Below, piece after piece: positions 60,026-64,000 of a stretch of 64,000 bases of DNA. A model generated the notes under the pieces. That model was given only the letters and a program-made list of their open reading frames with translations. It did not search any database and was not told the DNA's origin. Position numbers and translations under genes: made by a program. Each line of letters starts with the position of its first letter. Positions within the stretch are counted from its first letter, which is position 1. The DNA comes from Candidatus Poribacteria bacterium (lineage in GTDB: Bacteria; Poribacteria; WGA-4E; WGA-3G): positions 1,856,001 to 1,920,000 of the forward strand of contig OZ219753.1 in NCBI GenBank assembly GCA_964291315.2. The letters run 5' to 3'.

Positions 60026-60214
60026 ACACTGCCCCCTTCATGACAACGGACAGACACTCGTATTTCCGTTACTATAGTGGATAACCGCAAACATGTCAAC
60101 AGAATTATTTTGGCTAATTTGGAGGGATTATGCTAAAATGTTGTCAACGTTCCAAGCAGATCCACACCATAGAAATTCAACAATAAAAAACATTAACGAA
60201 TACCGAATTCACAG

Positions 60215-61354
60215 ATGCATAGAATAGCACACATAAACGTTTATCCGACTGCTGTCGGAATGAAAGATGTCTTTAATATCGGCACCGGTTTCGTCGGGAA
60301 TACCGACTCCGCAGGCGATCACGTCTTCGTCAAAATCACAACAGACGACGGCTACGTCGGATGGGGCGAACAACGCGCTCTCCCTTCATGGAGCTACGAA
60401 ACAATCCACTCCATCACAACCACTATCCGCTATCACATCGCACCACTGCTGCTCGGACGTGATCCCCTCAATCTCAACGAAATCCACCACGCCATCTATA
60501 ACGCTTTGAAGCCAGCCGTCAGCAACGGGCATCCGTTCGCCAAAGCCGCAGTAGACATCGCTTTGCAAGACCTCCGCGGACGAATCCTCGAGGTACCACT
60601 ACACGCCCTCTTCGGCGGAAAACGACACAACACACTACCGCTTTGCTACGCCCTGAGTATAGATAAACCAGAAATCATGGGCTTAAAGGCGAAAGCATTG
60701 TCACCATGCTCCTGCTTCAAAGTAAAAGTTGCAGGAAACCCGCCACAAGATGAAGAACGACTACGCGCTGTGCATGAAGCCATGCCAAATGCTAAACTCT
60801 GGATAGACGCGAATCAATCCTATACCCCCTCCAATGCACTTGAATTACTCAAGCGAGTCGCCGACATCCGCCAAATTTACTGTATGGAGCAACCCGTCGC
60901 AAGCCAGGATTGGTTCGGTATGAAGCGAGTCCGAGCGGATGCACCACTTCCAATTGCTATCGACGAAGGATGCTTCACACACTTCGACCTGGCGAAAATC
61001 GCTCATCTAGCATGTGCAGACGCTGTCGTTCTCAAACTCTGTAAATCTGGCGGTTTAGCGGACTGCCTCAAAAGCGTCCATGTCGCTGAAGCCAATGCCA
61101 TAGAACTCCTCGGCAGCGGGCTAACCGAAGCCGGAATAGGCTTTATCGCCAGTGTCCACCTCTTTTCAACGCTCAATCTGGCTCTCCCCGCCGAACTTAA
61201 CGCCCCCGCTTTTCTGGAGACCTTGGCAGTGCACGGCATCGAAATCCGTGATCACGTCGTGACAGTACCAGACGGCCCCGGACTCGGGGTTACGCCGGAT
61301 GAAGACTATATTAAAGCGAACCTCCTGAAGACTGGTGACCCCTCAGAAGGATAA
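60215..61354 (+). CDS. Mandelate racemase/muconate cycloisomerase (enolase superfamily) protein
   Basis: GWGE, AKAAVDIAL.D, FKVKV, IDANQ, EQP, IDE, KLCKSGG, GPGLGV. Confidence 0.9.
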   Translation: MHRIAHINVYPTAVGMKDVFNIGTGFVGNTDSAGDHVFVKITTDDGYVGWGEQRALPSWSYETIHSITTTIRYHIAPLLLGRDPLNLNEIHHAIYNALKPAVSNGHPFAKAAVDIALQDLRGRILEVPLHALFGGKRHNTLPLCYALSIDKPEIMGLKAKALSPCSCFKVKVAGNPPQDEERLRAVHEAMPNAKLWIDANQSYTPSNALELLKRVADIRQIYCMEQPVASQDWFGMKRVRADAPLPIAIDEGCFTHFDLAKIAHLACADAVVLKLCKSGGLADCLKSVHVAEANAIELLGSGLTEAGIGFIASVHLFSTLNLALPAELNAPAFLETLAVHGIEIRDHVVTVPDGPGLGVTPDEDYIKANLLKTGDPSEG

Positions 61355-62510
61355 ACACCTCTACCAGAATCGCAAACGCAACTCCCACCGCACAGAGCAG
61401 ATACGGACTCTGCACACCGAACCGTGAATCCGCTAATATACCACCGAAGAGCGGGCCCAACAGAATCCCGACACCCAAGATCGCTTCGTGCCACCCGCTC
61501 TTGTTCCCTTTGTCCGAATGCCGATCCAATCCGTAGTAGAGGCTGCTGAAGTAGGTGAAAGCGACAGAAACACCGATACTTCCAAACGCGAAGCTCCAGA
61601 GAAGTGTATGTTGAACGTGCCATATGCCGAGAAAGCTCACGATCGCTAACAATTGAACCACAAGGAACGGGGCAAAGCGATAGTGCCACCGAGTCGAGTA
61701 GCCCGTACCCAAAACCACAAACGCCAACGTCTGCACACCACCGAGCATCAACATCAAATTGCCAAACGTCGTTGGAAGCATTCCCGCCTCTTTGGTAAGC
61801 TTCGGAGCAAGCCGCCTTAACACACCCAGCACAAACCAAGAGGCGAAATTCGCACACCGCGCCAAGTTAAGATAAACACTCCGAACAGATGAAGACGGAT
61901 ACAACGTTTCCGGAGATTCCGATACAGCTGTCTTAGCGATACCAGAGGCACCAAAATTGCCGCTAAATATCGCCACCAACGTGAAAAGAACCGAAATCCC
62001 CGCAAGATAGAAAGGTATAAACGGATTTGTATCGCTATACAGATAACCTGATATCGCCGGACCTAAGGTAACACCGCTGCTCCAGAACAGGTTAAAGAGC
62101 ATCACCCGTTCGACCAGATGCCCCTCGCCTTCGCGCTCAGCAAGCCACGCTTCATACGCCGGCCAAAACAGCGCCATACTGATGCCAAGCGCCGGGAAAA
62201 CCATCAGGAGATGTACACTGCTTCGACACCTCGGCAGCCCGATACTCGCAACCCCTAATACCAGACACGCCGCATAAAGAACATGAGACCGTTCTATGCT
62301 ATCCGACAACCGACCGAACGGAATCGCAAACGCAGCAAAGAAGCCGGTCGTGACCGCCATCAACATACCCAAAAAGGTTGAGGAAAGCCCTAAACGACTT
62401 GTGTAAAAGGCGGCGTTCGTTAAAACACTGCTAAACGCGAAATCGATGAGCAGCACCGGAAAATAGACCGTAAACAGCTGCTTCAACTTTAGGTTTAGGT
62501 TAAGGTGCAT
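61311..62510 (-). CDS. MFS transporter
   Basis: About 12 TM helices; GRLSDSIER, LGPLFGG. Confidence 0.88.
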   Translation of the reverse strand: MHLNLNLKLKQLFTVYFPVLLIDFAFSSVLTNAAFYTSRLGLSSTFLGMLMAVTTGFFAAFAIPFGRLSDSIERSHVLYAACLVLGVASIGLPRCRSSVHLLMVFPALGISMALFWPAYEAWLAEREGEGHLVERVMLFNLFWSSGVTLGPAISGYLYSDTNPFIPFYLAGISVLFTLVAIFSGNFGASGIAKTAVSESPETLYPSSSVRSVYLNLARCANFASWFVLGVLRRLAPKLTKEAGMLPTTFGNLMLMLGGVQTLAFVVLGTGYSTRWHYRFAPFLVVQLLAIVSFLGIWHVQHTLLWSFAFGSIGVSVAFTYFSSLYYGLDRHSDKGNKSGWHEAILGVGILLGPLFGGILADSRFGVQSPYLLCAVGVAFAILVEVFILLRGHQSSGGSL

Positions 62511-62534
62511 ATCTTAGCGTCCCGCACCTGACCC

Positions 62535-63527
62535 TTACGGCGTTACAATCGCTGCATCAATCATGTGATAGCCTGCTGCACCAACCGGGGCTATCTCAAG
62601 TCCAATCTCATCTTGCGTGACACCGCTCTGACCCGTCGCCCGCGCATAGATTTCGACAGGCCCAGCTTCTACGGGTACCTGCCAATCCCATTTCCAGAGC
62701 ACCCACGCGAGCGGCGTATCCTTCGCCCAAATCTCCGCCTCCTCCCACGTTTGACCGTAGTCAATGCTCACCTCGACTTTCCGGATACCACCGTGGTTCC
62801 CTGCATCGAAGGCTGCACCACTGACGGTATACACCGCACCACCGGGAATCTTTTCACCCTCGCTCGGGGTCCCAATCATCGTGGCAAGCTTCACTTGTGC
62901 GATCGGATCCCACCCCCGTTTTTCCCAATAGCTTTCATGCTCCGCTGCCAATTGAATATTGATTATCCACTTCGGGTTTTTCGTACCGTAGTTACCAGGG
63001 TTTAACAACCGAATGGGGAAGCCATGCTCTGTCGGAAGCGTGACACCGTTCATCTCATAAGCAAGCAACGTCTCTTCCTGCATCGCCTCTTCCAAGGGAA
63101 TTGCCGTATGATAGCCGTCGGCGCAACGGAAAACAACAACTTCCGCTTCAGGTTTTGGACCAGCTTTCTCAAGCAGATCACGGAGACGAACCCCCTTCCA
63201 TACCGCATTGCTCATCTGCTCCGTCCCGATGGGGTCCCCGATACACTTCAACGTCCGCATTGCCGTAACCGGCTCCATCGCTGTGAGCTCCTCAAGCCCC
63301 AACGGGCGCATCGGTTTTTCAATCAACCCCGTGATTGCCATGCGCCACGTCACACCGTCAAGCACAGCAGGATCCCCGATTTGTAGAACATAGAAGTCCC
63401 CATTCGGTGTTATAAGGGCACCCGGTTTCAGAAGCGGCATCGCCTCTGTTTCTCCCTCAACTTGAATCGGCAAAACCAACCCCGCAGCACTAATCGCGCT
63501 CAGTTTTATGAACCTTCGTCTTTTCAT
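62535..63527 (-). CDS. Tat-exported molybdopterin oxidoreductase (sulfite oxidase family)
   Basis: KRRRFIK Tat signal; ITPN..FY, TLKC, W.GV.L, EHGFPIR, G.K..KWI. Confidence 0.9.
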   Translation of the reverse strand: MKRRRFIKLSAISAAGLVLPIQVEGETEAMPLLKPGALITPNGDFYVLQIGDPAVLDGVTWRMAITGLIEKPMRPLGLEELTAMEPVTAMRTLKCIGDPIGTEQMSNAVWKGVRLRDLLEKAGPKPEAEVVVFRCADGYHTAIPLEEAMQEETLLAYEMNGVTLPTEHGFPIRLLNPGNYGTKNPKWIINIQLAAEHESYWEKRGWDPIAQVKLATMIGTPSEGEKIPGGAVYTVSGAAFDAGNHGGIRKVEVSIDYGQTWEEAEIWAKDTPLAWVLWKWDWQVPVEAGPVEIYARATGQSGVTQDEIGLEIAPVGAAGYHMIDAAIVTP

Positions 63528-63714
63528 CTCTTCTCCTATGCGCTTGCATTCGCATCGTAATCTTTACAACACCTCGCACCATGATCACCGTACCACCACC
63601 CAAAAACAGGGGCAGCCCCCATACCCAACCCAAGAAAAAGTAGGCAATGAAGCTCACACACGTTAAAGCAATGAAGGTGTTTAGGAATCCTTTATTCTCG
63701 TACCATTTCTGCAT
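63490..63714 (-). CDS. Small membrane protein
   Basis: Two hydrophobic segments; overlaps the start of the downstream gene. Confidence 0.5.
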   Translation of the reverse strand: MQKWYENKGFLNTFIALTCVSFIAYFFLGWVWGLPLFLGGGTVIMVRGVVKITMRMQAHRRRDEKTKVHKTERD

Positions 63715-63945
63715 CTGTTTAGATATCTATTCTCTCTAATCACTATCCCGCTTTCTAGAGGAAACCAGCCTCGACTATTGCCTAAATGATACTATATCCA
63801 CGCCGGAATGTCAACAAAAACAGACTACTGATGCTTGACAATCGCGCGCGCAAAGACCCATTGTATTTTTTTTCAATATCTGGTATGTTACGCCTAACAG
63901 ATCTAAAACTGAATAAATTATGCCATCTGAAAGGACAGAACCGCC

Positions 63946-64000
63946 ATGCCACAACAGCCGAATATCCTCTTTCTTATGACCGACCAGCAACGTTTTGACA
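63946..64000 (+). CDS. Sulfatase, N-terminus (runs off the right edge)
   Basis: AAGGA RBS then MPQQPNILFLMTDQQRFD. Confidence 0.8.
   Translation, partial: MPQQPNILFLMTDQQRFD

Noticed and set aside
61311-61354. Convergent 44-bp overlap of enolase-family and MFS genes as antisense regulation
   Set aside because: Short tail-to-tail overlaps are common; nothing else supports a function

Overview
Bacterial chromosomal window, most likely Candidatus Poribacteria (inferred from a LamG protein ending in AVNPKDKLTTSWAHIK, a PhyH-HEAT fusion and many catabolic enzymes). It opens with mutS2 (3' part), dnaG, rpoD and two tRNAs (Ile2-CAT, Val-CAC). A ~14.5 kb defence region follows. This holds an adaptation-less type III-D CRISPR-Cas operon: CARF effector, HD-less Cas10, four Cas7-family RAMPs, Csx10, two tandem Cas11-like genes, Csx19 and Cas6. 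After it come an orphan Type III Mod-like adenine methyltransferase broken by a +1 frameshift at a C8 tract, and a 4-repeat CRISPR mini-array whose first repeat starts 2 bp after a perfect TTGACA-17-TATAAT promoter, so it has no transcribed leader. The rest is metabolic and envelope genes. These include an orphan Rad50/SbcC-like ATPase and an mfd-PPIase-PPIase-surA-lptD cluster in which LptD carries a ~435-aa insert of nested parvulin domains inside its beta-barrel. All calls come from reading motifs by eye; no database searches were run.
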